Of a DNA stretch of 32,000 bases, positions 1 through 8,948 are shown in pieces. The stretch comes from Catenibacterium mitsuokai (GTDB lineage Bacteria; Bacillota_I; Bacilli_A; Erysipelotrichales; Coprobacillaceae), in NCBI RefSeq assembly GCF_025148785.1, contig NZ_CP102271.1:1387972-1419971 (forward strand). The letters run 5' to 3'. A program made the translations under genes and the position numbers. The notes beneath the pieces are model-generated. The model had not been told where the DNA came from and made no database searches. It saw nothing but the letters and a program-made list of their open reading frames with translations. Position 1 is the first letter of the stretch, and every line of letters starts with the position of its first letter.

Positions 1-666
1 CTTAATGGTCAGCCAATTTCTAATGTTGATTATCCTGAATATTATAAGGAATATCTATACTTAAAAGAGAAATATAAAGACCAGATGACTTTAAAGTTTG
101 GATTGGAATTTGGTATTCAAGTACATACCATTCCAAAATATGAAGCTTTGTTTAAACAATATCCTTTTGATTTTATTATTCTTTCCATTCATCAAGTAGA
201 TGATCTGGAATTCTGGACAGGAGATTACCAAAAGGGAAGAACAGAAAAAGAATATTATGAAAGATATTATCAGGAGTTATATGATGTCGTGAATCTCTAT
301 CATGATTATAGTGTTCTAGGTCACATGGATCTTATTAAACGTTATGATGATCATGATGGTTATGACAGCTTTAATAACCATAAAGAAATGATTACGCAAA
401 TTCTTGAGACAGTCATAAAAGATGGCAAAGGAATTGAAATCAACACTTCTTCTGTACGTTATGAGATAGGTGATCTGACACCTTCTAGAGATATCTTAAA
501 GTTATATTTAAAACTAGGTGGTACAATTATTACAATCGGCAGTGATAGTCATCAAGAAGATCATTTAGGTGCTTATATAGAGGATACAAAAAAAGAACTA
601 AAAGAACTCGGCTTTAAACAATATTGTACTTATAATCAAATGGTTCCAGAATTTCATGATTTATAA
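1..666 (+). CDS. PHP-domain histidinol-phosphatase (HisJ/HisK type), 5' end outside window
   Basis: Frame 1 is open from base 1 (LNGQPISNVDYPEYYKEYLYLKEKYKDQMTLKFGLEFGIQ...) to TAA at 664-666. Motifs IILSIHQVDD, VLGHMDLIKRYD and ITIGSDSHQEDHLG are typical of PHP-family histidinol phosphatases. Confidence 0.8.
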   Translation, partial: LNGQPISNVDYPEYYKEYLYLKEKYKDQMTLKFGLEFGIQVHTIPKYEALFKQYPFDFIILSIHQVDDLEFWTGDYQKGRTEKEYYERYYQELYDVVNLYHDYSVLGHMDLIKRYDDHDGYDSFNNHKEMITQILETVIKDGKGIEINTSSVRYEIGDLTPSRDILKLYLKLGGTIITIGSDSHQEDHLGAYIEDTKKELKELGFKQYCTYNQMVPEFHDL

Positions 667-707
667 TATTCAAAAAAGATTGAATAAACCATGTGTTTCT
701 TAATTTT

Positions 708-720
708 GAAGAAAATACAA
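708..720. repeat. Left copy of 13-bp direct repeat (target site duplication of the IS30 element)
   Basis: GAAGAAAATACAA, identical to 2056-2068 and abutting the terminal inverted repeat. Confidence 0.8.
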
Positions 721-758
721 CCCGAATTGCAAGCAGAAACTGGAAATAAGAAGATAAG

Positions 759-1895
759 TTAGTTTTTATAGAAAATAGTATTACCAGTTACATTAAGTTT
801 AGCTAGTTCGTTAAGAAATAGTTCTTCAGAAGAAAGATATCCAAGTATCTTTCTTTTCTTCTGGTTTATTTTATTGTTTATATCAATAGTTGTCTCCTTA
901 TCAATTGTATTAATATCAGTTCCTTTCTTAATGAAATATCTTATAAGTCCATTGCAGTTCTCATTTGAGGCTCTGTCACATGAATGATAGGGTCTACCAA
1001 AATAGACAGTGGTTCTTTTCTCTTTTGATTTTGGCTTCTGTTCTATATCCTTCCACCTAGAAAACTCACTACCGTTATCAAAGGTGATTGATTTAAAGAT
1101 ATCCTTAAAGCTATCACCATAGAACTTATGAAGCTTGTTTATCTGCATATAGACCTGCTTTGAAGATTTGGCAGAGATAGGAATCATATAATAGAAGCGT
1201 GTCTTTCTTTCAATCAGAGTAAGATATGCACCATTCTGTCCATCTCTAGGTCCAGTAACTAGATCACCTTCCCAGTGTCCGAATTCTTCTCTGTCCTTGA
1301 TATATTCAGGCCTTTCGGTAATGGAAGTGCCTTTCTGTCTTTTTGGAATGTATGACTTCCAGTTCTTCTTTGTCTTTCTTCTGACCATGCGTGGAAGATC
1401 AATAGGTTTGATGGATGTTCTTCCCTGGTGGACATAGCTGTAAAATGTTTTAGTAGACACAGTCACCATATTCTTTATAATATCTGGCTGATGAAGCTTT
1501 AAATAGTTTATGGTCTCATCAATAGAGGATAATCTATTTGATTTTACTTCCTGTTCGACAAGAGAGATGAACTCTTTTGATTTTTCAAATTTAGAGTTAT
1601 TTGGAATCTTATGATTCTTGGATCTCTTTTCAAATGCAGCCATGGCAGAAAGTTCATAATGAACCTTGAGATTGTAATCTCTAACAGAGATAGTGGCATC
1701 CTTGATGATAGAATATATATTAGAGACAGTAGTACCTACAGTAGAAGCTAACTCTTTAATGAATTGAGTCTTACCAATGTTACGCTTACCAGGATGGGAA
1801 GCATTGAACTGAATCAACGAATTGATGATGAATTCATAATGAGAAAAATTAAGGTGTTTATTTTTTGCTTTTTGTGATATATTAATGCTGTTCAT
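759..1895 (-). CDS. IS30 family transposase
   Basis: 378 aa. Contains GHWEGDLVTG, YLTLIERKTRFYYMIPI, ITFDNGSEFSRWKDIE and YFGRPYHSCDRASNENCNGLIRYFIKKGTDI, matching the IS30 DDE core. Confidence 0.95.
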   Translation of the reverse strand: MNSINISQKAKNKHLNFSHYEFIINSLIQFNASHPGKRNIGKTQFIKELASTVGTTVSNIYSIIKDATISVRDYNLKVHYELSAMAAFEKRSKNHKIPNNSKFEKSKEFISLVEQEVKSNRLSSIDETINYLKLHQPDIIKNMVTVSTKTFYSYVHQGRTSIKPIDLPRMVRRKTKKNWKSYIPKRQKGTSITERPEYIKDREEFGHWEGDLVTGPRDGQNGAYLTLIERKTRFYYMIPISAKSSKQVYMQINKLHKFYGDSFKDIFKSITFDNGSEFSRWKDIEQKPKSKEKRTTVYFGRPYHSCDRASNENCNGLIRYFIKKGTDINTIDKETTIDINNKINQKKRKILGYLSSEELFLNELAKLNVTGNTIFYKN

Positions 1896-1987
1896 AGAAA
1901 TCTCCTTATAAAGTGTGGTAACTATATAATACGATTTCTATGGACTTTTTTTATACAAAAATTGAAAATAGGGGCCTGCGGCCGCGC

Positions 1988-2025
1988 GAATTGGGATAAA
2001 GGGGCATGCCCCTTTATCCCAATTC
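1988..2025. repeat. 38-bp perfect palindrome inside the IS30 element, next to its right terminal repeat
   Basis: GAATTGGGATAAAGGGGCA/TGCCCCTTTATCCCAATTC; the two 19-nt halves are exact reverse complements. Confidence 0.95.
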
Positions 2026-2055
2026 CTTAATTCCAGTTTCATTTTACAATTGAGG

Positions 2056-2068
2056 GAAGAAAATACAA
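2056..2068. repeat. Right copy of 13-bp direct repeat (target site duplication of the IS30 element)
   Basis: GAAGAAAATACAA, identical to 708-720. Confidence 0.8.
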
Positions 2069-2140
2069 GTATTTTTATGTAAAAAAAGGCTTGCATTGCA
2101 TCTCTTGGCATGTTATTATACATGAGCAGTCAAGAGAAAT

Positions 2141-2217
2141 GTCTACGTAGCTCAGCTGGATAGAGCACACGCCTTCTAAGCGTGCGGTCATGGGTTCGAA
2201 TCCCCTCGTGGACGCCA
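2141..2217 (+). tRNA. tRNA-Arg (anticodon TCT)
   Basis: Cloverleaf: acceptor GTCTACG/CGTGGAC, D arm GCTC/GAGC, anticodon stem CACGC/GCGTG with loop CTTCTAA, T arm GGGTTCGAATCCC, discriminator G and encoded CCA. Upstream TTGCAT-17-TATTAT promoter-like sequence. Confidence 0.95.
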
Positions 2218-2228
2218 TCTAACAACTA

Positions 2229-2252
2229 CCTCGGTTTATCCGAGGTTTTTTT
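2229..2252 (+). terminator. Rho-independent terminator of the tRNA-Arg gene
   Basis: CCTCGG-TTTAT-CCGAGG followed by 7 T. Confidence 0.9.
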
Positions 2253-2370
2253 GTATATTTATTTAAAAAGAATTTATTTATATCGCCTTATTATAGGCAT
2301 TATGAGTGCTATCTTACGAGAAATATTTATCAAAATCCTTTATAATCATAGATGTAGAAAGGAATTGGTG

Positions 2371-2871
2371 ATGAATATGTTAAAAAATGAACACTCTTTA
2401 TATCGTTTGATGAATATTTATATGAATGATTCCCTTGCTGGAATTCGTTTCTTTTATAATATTAAGTGGCCAGAAGGCTATCATTGTGAGGAATGTGGCA
2501 GTTCTCATTATATATATGATCAGGAAAACAGATGCTTCATATGTGCAAAATGTGGTCATAAAGAAGATCTACTCGCACATACTGTTTTTTCTGAATGTCT
2601 CGATAATCCAAATTCACTTATATTAGGATTATATTTATGTTTGACAAGTAAACGCAGAGTAAGTCAAAAGGAACTCGCTCAGTTGGTATCTATTCCGGTT
2701 AAGAGTGCTGCCATTTTGATTAAAAACACTGAAATGCTAGATGAATGTAATATCAGAGAAGATATTATTAAAAAGATGTTTGAGAATAATGAAAGTCCCT
2801 TATTAAAAAATGTATCTTATACTAAAAACAATCAGTCAAATCGTGCTATAATACCTACGAAAGCAGGGTGA
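2371..2871 (+). CDS. Short protein with transposase-type zinc ribbon, related to the N-terminal region of IS1595/ISXO2 transposases; no DDE domain
   Basis: In-frame ATG at 2371 after AAAGGAATTGGTG. FFYNIKWPEGYHCEECGSSHYIYDQENRCFICAKCGHKEDLLAHTVF parallels FFKSMKWPDGFSCDRCGCHKYYLV...ECSSCHKQHSLLSGTIF in the IS1595 transposase at 10012-10986. Confidence 0.65.
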   Translation: MNMLKNEHSLYRLMNIYMNDSLAGIRFFYNIKWPEGYHCEECGSSHYIYDQENRCFICAKCGHKEDLLAHTVFSECLDNPNSLILGLYLCLTSKRRVSQKELAQLVSIPVKSAAILIKNTEMLDECNIREDIIKKMFENNESPLLKNVSYTKNNQSNRAIIPTKAG

Positions 2872-2876
2872 TTAGT

Positions 2877-3134
2877 ATGACAGAAACAACTGGTTCAATC
2901 ATTAATATAGTAAATACAGGTCAAACAATTACATTAACAGTAAGATATGTGGTCAATCATCATGTATATGCCCTTAAAGAAGAAGCTGTTTTAAAACCAG
3001 CAAAACAATTACTTTTGTTTAAGTCAAAAAGAAAAGTACCTGTATTAGGTACTTTAAGAGTAGGGCAGGAAGTCGCTGTCTATTATGATGAAAAACATCC
3101 AAGTGCTGCTTATCTAAAAGATAACATCAAATAG
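2877..3134 (+). CDS. Small hypothetical protein, resembles DUF3592-type domains
   Basis: MTETTGSIINIVNTGQTITLTVRYVVNHHVYAL...RVGQEVAVYYDEKHPSAAYL: pattern of a short beta-rich domain ending in a V.V.YD..P..A block. A GTG start at 2868 overlapping the upstream stop is also possible. Confidence 0.55.
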   Translation: MTETTGSIINIVNTGQTITLTVRYVVNHHVYALKEEAVLKPAKQLLLFKSKRKVPVLGTLRVGQEVAVYYDEKHPSAAYLKDNIK

Positions 3135-3627
3135 AGCGTTTATAAGCCTCTAAAAAGATGATAAAGGACAAAAAGGCAAGCCATTCAAAAAGACCTGTAA
3201 TATCTGCAAGAAAGCATAGTACAGACGTTAACATGATACATAATGACATCAACAGCTGTAATAATTTATAAGCTAAGTATGTATTGGTTTGATGTAAGTC
3301 ATAGAGAATCATTGCGAGAGTGATGACTATAAATATGATTCCAACAAAACCAGCATAAGTGTGACATTCTGAAAAGAAATCATGACTTGACCTTTTAAAG
3401 GGCATAAATAAGCTGATTATGAGACATATCCCTGATATATGGACAAGTGCTTTGCGTTTGGTTATCTTATAGAGCTGATACCAGTAATATATCAAAAACA
3501 TAAAAAAGATGCACTGCATTGGATAATGATATTGTGCCATGCTCATGACACCCGATAGATTATTGCGTATTGGACTGAGTCTTGTCGCAAAATAGGCAAG
3601 TATTGTAAGAAAAATGATGTGTACCAT
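3127..3627 (-). CDS. Hypothetical multi-spanning membrane protein
   Basis: Start chosen at MVHIIFLTILAYF after AGGAGG; several hydrophobic segments. The longer track ORF (to 3738) overlaps the rnj start and is less likely. Confidence 0.6.
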   Translation of the reverse strand: MVHIIFLTILAYFATRLSPIRNNLSGVMSMAQYHYPMQCIFFMFLIYYWYQLYKITKRKALVHISGICLIISLFMPFKRSSHDFFSECHTYAGFVGIIFIVITLAMILYDLHQTNTYLAYKLLQLLMSLCIMLTSVLCFLADITGLFEWLAFLSFIIFLEAYKRSI

Positions 3628-3729
3628 AAAAACCTCCTGCTTCATTATAACGGCTTCTATTTGAGAAGAGTAGAAAGATATGCTAAAATATATTAAATGT
3701 GATAGGTTGAACATATTGAAAGGAGTATT

Positions 3730-5427
3730 ATGAAACACAATAATGTTAAAATCATGCCTCTAGGTGGTCAGGCCGAAGTAGGCAAGAGTATGTACAGTAT
3801 AGAAGTTAATGGAAAGATCTTCATCATTGATGCTGGTTATCGTTTCCCAGATTTGGATAAACTTGGTGTTGATATTATCATTCCAAGTTTTGATTATTTA
3901 ATTGAAAGAAAGAAGGATATTGTTGCTATTATTATTACACATGCACATAATGATGTAATGGCTGCACTTCCTTACTTATTGAATGCAGTTCAGGGTGTTC
4001 CTGTCTATGCACCTAGTTTAACAGCCGATTTAATTGAAATGATGATTGATCATTATCAGAGACATCAGAAAAAGAATCTTCATATGGAATTGATTCGTGT
4101 AAGACGTGATGATTCTATTAAGATTGCAGGTATTCCAGTAGAATTCTTCCCTGAAACACATTCTATTCCAGGAAGTGTTGGTGTTGCTATCTGGACACCT
4201 GATGGATATGTTGTTTATGGTGGAGAATTTATTATTGATTTTGGTTCTCCTGAAGGATTTAGATGTAATATCCAAAAGATGATGGAAATTGGTAAGAAAG
4301 GCGTTCTTGCCTTAATGGTTGAATCTTCAGGAGCAAGCAATCCTGGTTATACTTCACCAAATCATAAACTTACAAATAAGATTGAATCTATGTTTGAAGA
4401 TGCATCTGGTAGAATTATTATTTCTTCTTATGCCCAGAATGTCTTTAGAACAAAAGAAATTGTCGAACTCACTAAAAAGTATCATCGTCAGATTGTCTTC
4501 TATGGACGTGATAAATATGACCAGACAAATAGTATTATTCGTCTAGAAAGAACGACACATAAGCCTGTTATTACTGTTCCAAGTAAATATCTTGGCAAGA
4601 AAGAAAATGTTGGTATTCCCGCTAAGGATTCAAGTTATGTTATCCTTTTGAGTGGTGCACCTAATACTATTTATAGTGATATTTGTGATATTCTTGATGG
4701 TGGCGATGAATTATTAAAGATCAGAGAAGGCGATACGTTTATTGTTGCTTCTCCAGTACTACCTGGTACTGAAAAGATTGCGAATAAAGCTCAGAATGAT
4801 TTATTCAGAACACCAGCAGATGTTCATATTCTTAAGAATAAACAATTACCTTCAATGCATGCATCTATTGAAGACATTAAAGTATTTATTCAGCTATTTA
4901 ACCCTAAATACTATGTACCAATTAAAGGTGAATACCGTCGTTTTGTAGCCAATGCACATATCGCAAATGAAATGGGTATTGATAATGATCATATTGTGAT
5001 TTTAGATAATGGTGAAAAGTGTACTTTCAAAAATGGACAACTTGAAGAAGGCAGAGAAGTTATTGAAATCGAAGATGTCATGATTGATGGTATCGGCGTT
5101 GGAGATGTGGGTGAAAAGGTTATTGATGACCGTATTCAGTTATCTAATGATGGTATTGTTGTTGTAGGTGTCACTATTGATGCACGCACAAAAGAAATTA
5201 TTGCCCAGACAGACTGTCAGACTCGAGGATTTGTTTATTTAAAAGATTCTGGTTATGTCATCAAAGAAATCATTAACATCTGTGAAGGCGTTGTCTCTAA
5301 GTTAAAAGATGATCCCCAGGTGGATGTTCAGGATATACGTAATGAGATGAAAGAACTATCTATGCGTTATATTATGAAAGAAACAGGGAAAAAACCTGTA
5401 TTTATTGGTGTTGTAGTAGAAATCTAA
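3730..5427 (+). CDS. Ribonuclease J family protein (J2-like, degenerate metal site)
   Basis: IMPLGGQAEVGKSMYSIEV, ITHAHNDVMAALPYL, FFPETHSIPGS, MHASIEDIK and YYVPIKGEYR match the RNase J layout over the full length. Confidence 0.88.
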   Translation: MKHNNVKIMPLGGQAEVGKSMYSIEVNGKIFIIDAGYRFPDLDKLGVDIIIPSFDYLIERKKDIVAIIITHAHNDVMAALPYLLNAVQGVPVYAPSLTADLIEMMIDHYQRHQKKNLHMELIRVRRDDSIKIAGIPVEFFPETHSIPGSVGVAIWTPDGYVVYGGEFIIDFGSPEGFRCNIQKMMEIGKKGVLALMVESSGASNPGYTSPNHKLTNKIESMFEDASGRIIISSYAQNVFRTKEIVELTKKYHRQIVFYGRDKYDQTNSIIRLERTTHKPVITVPSKYLGKKENVGIPAKDSSYVILLSGAPNTIYSDICDILDGGDELLKIREGDTFIVASPVLPGTEKIANKAQNDLFRTPADVHILKNKQLPSMHASIEDIKVFIQLFNPKYYVPIKGEYRRFVANAHIANEMGIDNDHIVILDNGEKCTFKNGQLEEGREVIEIEDVMIDGIGVGDVGEKVIDDRIQLSNDGIVVVGVTIDARTKEIIAQTDCQTRGFVYLKDSGYVIKEIINICEGVVSKLKDDPQVDVQDIRNEMKELSMRYIMKETGKKPVFIGVVVEI

Positions 5428-5473
5428 GCAGGATTTATTCCTGCTTTTTACAACTATGGAAGGGAGTGAAAAT

Positions 5474-7702
5474 ATGGCTGAAAAGAAAACAAAAAAGCCT
5501 AAAAAAGCACCTGTATCAAAACAGCCGAAAAAAGAAGAAAATAAATCTAACAAGATAAAAACAAGATTAATTGCTTTGTTTTTATTATTTATATTCTTTA
5601 TAAGCATATGTCAATTAGGAATCGTAGGTAGATTTTTCCATACACTTATGGTTTATATTTTTGGTAGTATGATGATTTATCCAATTCTTATCATACTTTC
5701 TATTATATCTGCTTATTTTGTTGTTAAGGGTGAGTCTCCTAAATGGAAGGGACCTCAGACAGTAGGACTGATTATGATGATTATTGGTATACTGCTTATT
5801 TGTACATATGTGGGTAATATGCATTCAACAGGTAGTATGAATAATTATATAAAGCATGATGGTGTGACAAGCGGAGGTCTTATCGGATCATTATTATATG
5901 CTCCTTTAAGTGCTTTATTTTCTCCTATTGGAACTCTTATTTTTGGTATTATTTTGCTGCTAGCTGGTCTTGTATTATTCTCTAGTAAGTATATTCATCA
6001 ATACAAAATAAAGCAGAATGAACAGGAAGCACAAAATGCAGTAGAAGTGTTTGAAAATAAGAAAGAGAAAACTAAAGTCAAAGATTTCTTTGCCCCTAAA
6101 CAGAAAGAAAAAGGATTCTTCCCAGATAAAGTATTTGAAGAGAAAGAACCTTTAAAGGAACCGGATATTGACCTCACTTTCAATCAAAAGAGCATGCGTC
6201 TTGATATTGAAAAGAAGAGACCTAAAAAGATGGAATACAAAGACGGTGTTTATCAGCTTCCTTCATTTGATTTACTGAATCCTATTCGTAATACCGGCAA
6301 TTTATCAGAAGAAGCCAAACATGCAAAAAGTACAGGCAAGATTCTTGAAAACATGTTTGAAGAATTCGGTGTCAATGCGAATGTAGTACATCTCTATATT
6401 GGACCCACTGTTACTAAATTTGAAATCAAGTTAGAAGCAGGAACACGAGTTAATCGAATATTACAGTTACAAGATGACATTCAGCTTGCTTTAGCTGCAA
6501 AAGAAATTAGAATTGAAGCACCTATTCCAGGCAAGCCTTATGTAGGTATCGAAGTACCTAATAAAACAGCAGCTATGGTTCCATTTAATGAAGTCTATCA
6601 GCTTTCTATGCGTGATCATACATGGGGTAATAAGTTAGCTGTTCCACTTGGTAAAGATGTATCTGGTAACTTGATTGTTGCAGAGCTCAATAAGATGCCT
6701 CATTTACTTATTGCAGGAGCGACTGGTTCAGGTAAATCAGTCTGTGTGAATTCTATTATTACTTCTATTCTTATGAAAGCAACACCAGATGAAGTAAGAC
6801 TCATTCTTGTTGACCCTAAAAAGGTTGAATTATCTAACTATAATGGCGTACCTCATTTATTATCTCCTGTTGTCACTGATCCTAAAAAAGCAGCTGGAGT
6901 ATTACAGCAGGTTGTTGCAGAAATGGAAAGACGTTATGAAGTGTTCGCAGATAATGGACAGCGTAATATGGAATCTTATAATGTCTATGCAAAGAAGTTT
7001 AATGAAAAAGCCAAAGAAGAAGATAAAAAAGAAATCATGCCTTATCATGTTGTCATCCTAGATGAAGTAGCTGATTTAATGATGGTCGCTTCTAAAACAG
7101 TAGAAGACTGTATTATGCGTATTTCACAGATGGCACGTGCGGCAGGTATTCATCTTATTGTCGCAACACAAAGACCATCTACTGATATTATTACTGGTGT
7201 TATCAAAGCGAATATTCCATCACGTATTGCTTTTGCAGTGTCTTCAAGTGTTGACTCACGTACAATATTAGATGCCACAGGAGCTGAAAAACTGCTTGGA
7301 AAAGGGGATATGCTCTTTAGTCCAATGGGTTCTAGCTCACCAGTACGTGTACAGGGTGCTTTTGTGGCAGATGAAGAAGTGAGTCGTGTTGTAGAGTTTG
7401 TTTCTAAACAGATGGATGCAAACTATGATGATAATTATGTCAATGCGAAAGAAGTATCAAATGGCAGCTCTTCAGTCAATGATTCTTTAAATGATACAGA
7501 AGAAGAATATGAAGAATGCCGTGAATTTGTCATTAAAGAACAACGTGCAAGTACTTCTTTATTACAAAGAAGGTTCAGAATTGGCTATAATAAAGCAGCT
7601 CGTATCATGGATCAGTTAGAACAAAATGGTGTTATTGGTCCACAGATAGGTTCTAAACCAAGGGAAGTTTATATTCGAGGTTATAGCGAAGAAGATATTT
7701 AG
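5474..7702 (+). CDS. FtsK/SpoIIIE family DNA translocase
   Basis: N-terminal membrane segments, Walker A IAGATGSGKSVCVNS, Walker B YHVVILDEVADLMM, C-terminal gamma winged helix. ATG at 5474 preceded by GGGAG. Confidence 0.95.
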   Translation: MAEKKTKKPKKAPVSKQPKKEENKSNKIKTRLIALFLLFIFFISICQLGIVGRFFHTLMVYIFGSMMIYPILIILSIISAYFVVKGESPKWKGPQTVGLIMMIIGILLICTYVGNMHSTGSMNNYIKHDGVTSGGLIGSLLYAPLSALFSPIGTLIFGIILLLAGLVLFSSKYIHQYKIKQNEQEAQNAVEVFENKKEKTKVKDFFAPKQKEKGFFPDKVFEEKEPLKEPDIDLTFNQKSMRLDIEKKRPKKMEYKDGVYQLPSFDLLNPIRNTGNLSEEAKHAKSTGKILENMFEEFGVNANVVHLYIGPTVTKFEIKLEAGTRVNRILQLQDDIQLALAAKEIRIEAPIPGKPYVGIEVPNKTAAMVPFNEVYQLSMRDHTWGNKLAVPLGKDVSGNLIVAELNKMPHLLIAGATGSGKSVCVNSIITSILMKATPDEVRLILVDPKKVELSNYNGVPHLLSPVVTDPKKAAGVLQQVVAEMERRYEVFADNGQRNMESYNVYAKKFNEKAKEEDKKEIMPYHVVILDEVADLMMVASKTVEDCIMRISQMARAAGIHLIVATQRPSTDIITGVIKANIPSRIAFAVSSSVDSRTILDATGAEKLLGKGDMLFSPMGSSSPVRVQGAFVADEEVSRVVEFVSKQMDANYDDNYVNAKEVSNGSSSVNDSLNDTEEEYEECREFVIKEQRASTSLLQRRFRIGYNKAARIMDQLEQNGVIGPQIGSKPREVYIRGYSEEDI

Positions 7703-7798
7703 GATATCTTCTTTTTTTGATTAATTAAGCGGTAACACTTTATAAAGTAGCATTAAAGTGTTAAAATAATTATATATCAAAAGGAGGAATTGAATAAT

Positions 7799-8890
7799 AT
7801 GAAAAAGCTTATGGCATCTGCTGTAGTACTTTCAATGGTACTCGTTGGCTGCGGTTCAGGTAAAGATTCTAAAAAACCAGAAATCGCTTTAGTCACTGAC
7901 TCTGGAGGAATTAACGATAAGTCGTTCAACCAGTCAGCTTGGGAAGCGGTAAAAGAGTATGGAACTAAGAATGATAAAGGTTATAAATATTATAAACCTG
8001 CTTCATTCGATACTGCTGGTTATAAGGATCAGATCAAGAACGCTGTTGACAATGGTGCAAAAGTCGTTGTTTTACCAGGATTCAAATTCGCTGCTGCATT
8101 AGGAACTATTCAGAATGAAGCAAAATATAAGAACGTTAAGTTCATTGCGATTGACTTCACACCTACTGATGAAAAAGACAATCCTGTTGACATTGCGAAA
8201 AATGTTTACTGTGCAACTTATAAGGAACAGCAGCCAGGTTATTTAGCTGGCTATGCTGCTGTAAAAGATGGCTACACAAAGATTGGTTTCATGGGTGGTA
8301 TGGCACTTCCTGCAGTAATTAACTATGGTTATGGTTTCTTACAGGGTGCTAACGCTGCTGCAAAGGAAATGAAGGTAAACGTTAGTGCAAAGTATACTTA
8401 CGTTAATAACTTCAATGAATCTCCAGAAATCAAAACTAAAGCTACTGGATGGTATAATAGCGGAACTGAAGTTATCTTCTCTTGTGGTGGTCAGATTTGT
8501 AACTCTGTCTTCGCAGCTGCAGAAGATACTAACAAGAAGTCTATTGGTGTAGATAGTGACCAGAAAGATGATTCTAAGACTGTTATCACTTCAGCTATGA
8601 AGGGTGTTAAACAGACTGTATTTGATGAAATCACTAATGCTTACAACAATAAGTTTGAAGGTGGCGCTCATTTATTAGGTGCAGAAGATAACTATATTGG
8701 ACTTTCATCTGATTTCTCAAGATTAAAGAAATTCAAGAAAGCTGATTACGATAAAGTATTCAAAGAAGTAAAAGATGAAAAGATAAAAATCCTAACTAAT
8801 GCGGATGTAGATCCAAATGCAAAAGGTGATCCAAATACAAAAGTATTAAAGGATACTTTAACTAACGTAACAGTATCTTACGAAAATTAA
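7799..8890 (+). CDS. BMP family (Med/TmpC-like) substrate-binding lipoprotein, probably nucleoside binding
   Basis: AAAGGAGG followed by MKKLMASAVVLSMVLVGCGSG lipobox; ALVTDSGGINDKSFNQSAWE and VFSCGGQICNSV-type BMP motifs. Confidence 0.93.
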   Translation: MKKLMASAVVLSMVLVGCGSGKDSKKPEIALVTDSGGINDKSFNQSAWEAVKEYGTKNDKGYKYYKPASFDTAGYKDQIKNAVDNGAKVVVLPGFKFAAALGTIQNEAKYKNVKFIAIDFTPTDEKDNPVDIAKNVYCATYKEQQPGYLAGYAAVKDGYTKIGFMGGMALPAVINYGYGFLQGANAAAKEMKVNVSAKYTYVNNFNESPEIKTKATGWYNSGTEVIFSCGGQICNSVFAAAEDTNKKSIGVDSDQKDDSKTVITSAMKGVKQTVFDEITNAYNNKFEGGAHLLGAEDNYIGLSSDFSRLKKFKKADYDKVFKEVKDEKIKILTNADVDPNAKGDPNTKVLKDTLTNVTVSYEN

Positions 8891-8901
8891 ATAAAACCTA
8901 T

Positions 8902-8926
8902 AAAAGTGGCTTCGGCCACTTTTTTT
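8902..8926 (+). terminator. Rho-independent terminator after the BMP lipoprotein gene
   Basis: AAAAGTGGC-TTCG-GCCACTTTT followed by T run. Confidence 0.9.
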
Positions 8927-8948
8927 ATGTGCGTTTACACTGATTTAG

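Larger units (their letters stand above)
721..2055 (-). mobile_element. Complete IS30-family insertion sequence (1335 bp)
   Basis: Imperfect terminal inverted repeats: left CCCGAATTGCAAGCAGAAACTGGAAATAAG (721-750), reverse complement of right end CCTCAATTGTAAAATGAAACTGGAATTAAG (2026-2055), 23/30 identical ungapped. Flanked by GAAGAAAATACAA at 708-720 and 2056-2068. Encloses an IS30-like transposase. Confidence 0.88.

Noticed and set aside
1988-2025. Palindrome as a terminator for the upstream gene
   Set aside because: No T run on either side and it lies inside the IS, upstream of the transposase.
1938-2123. 61-aa minus-strand ORF in the track
   Set aside because: It runs through the IS end, the palindrome and intergenic DNA; no ribosome site and the sequence is not protein-like.
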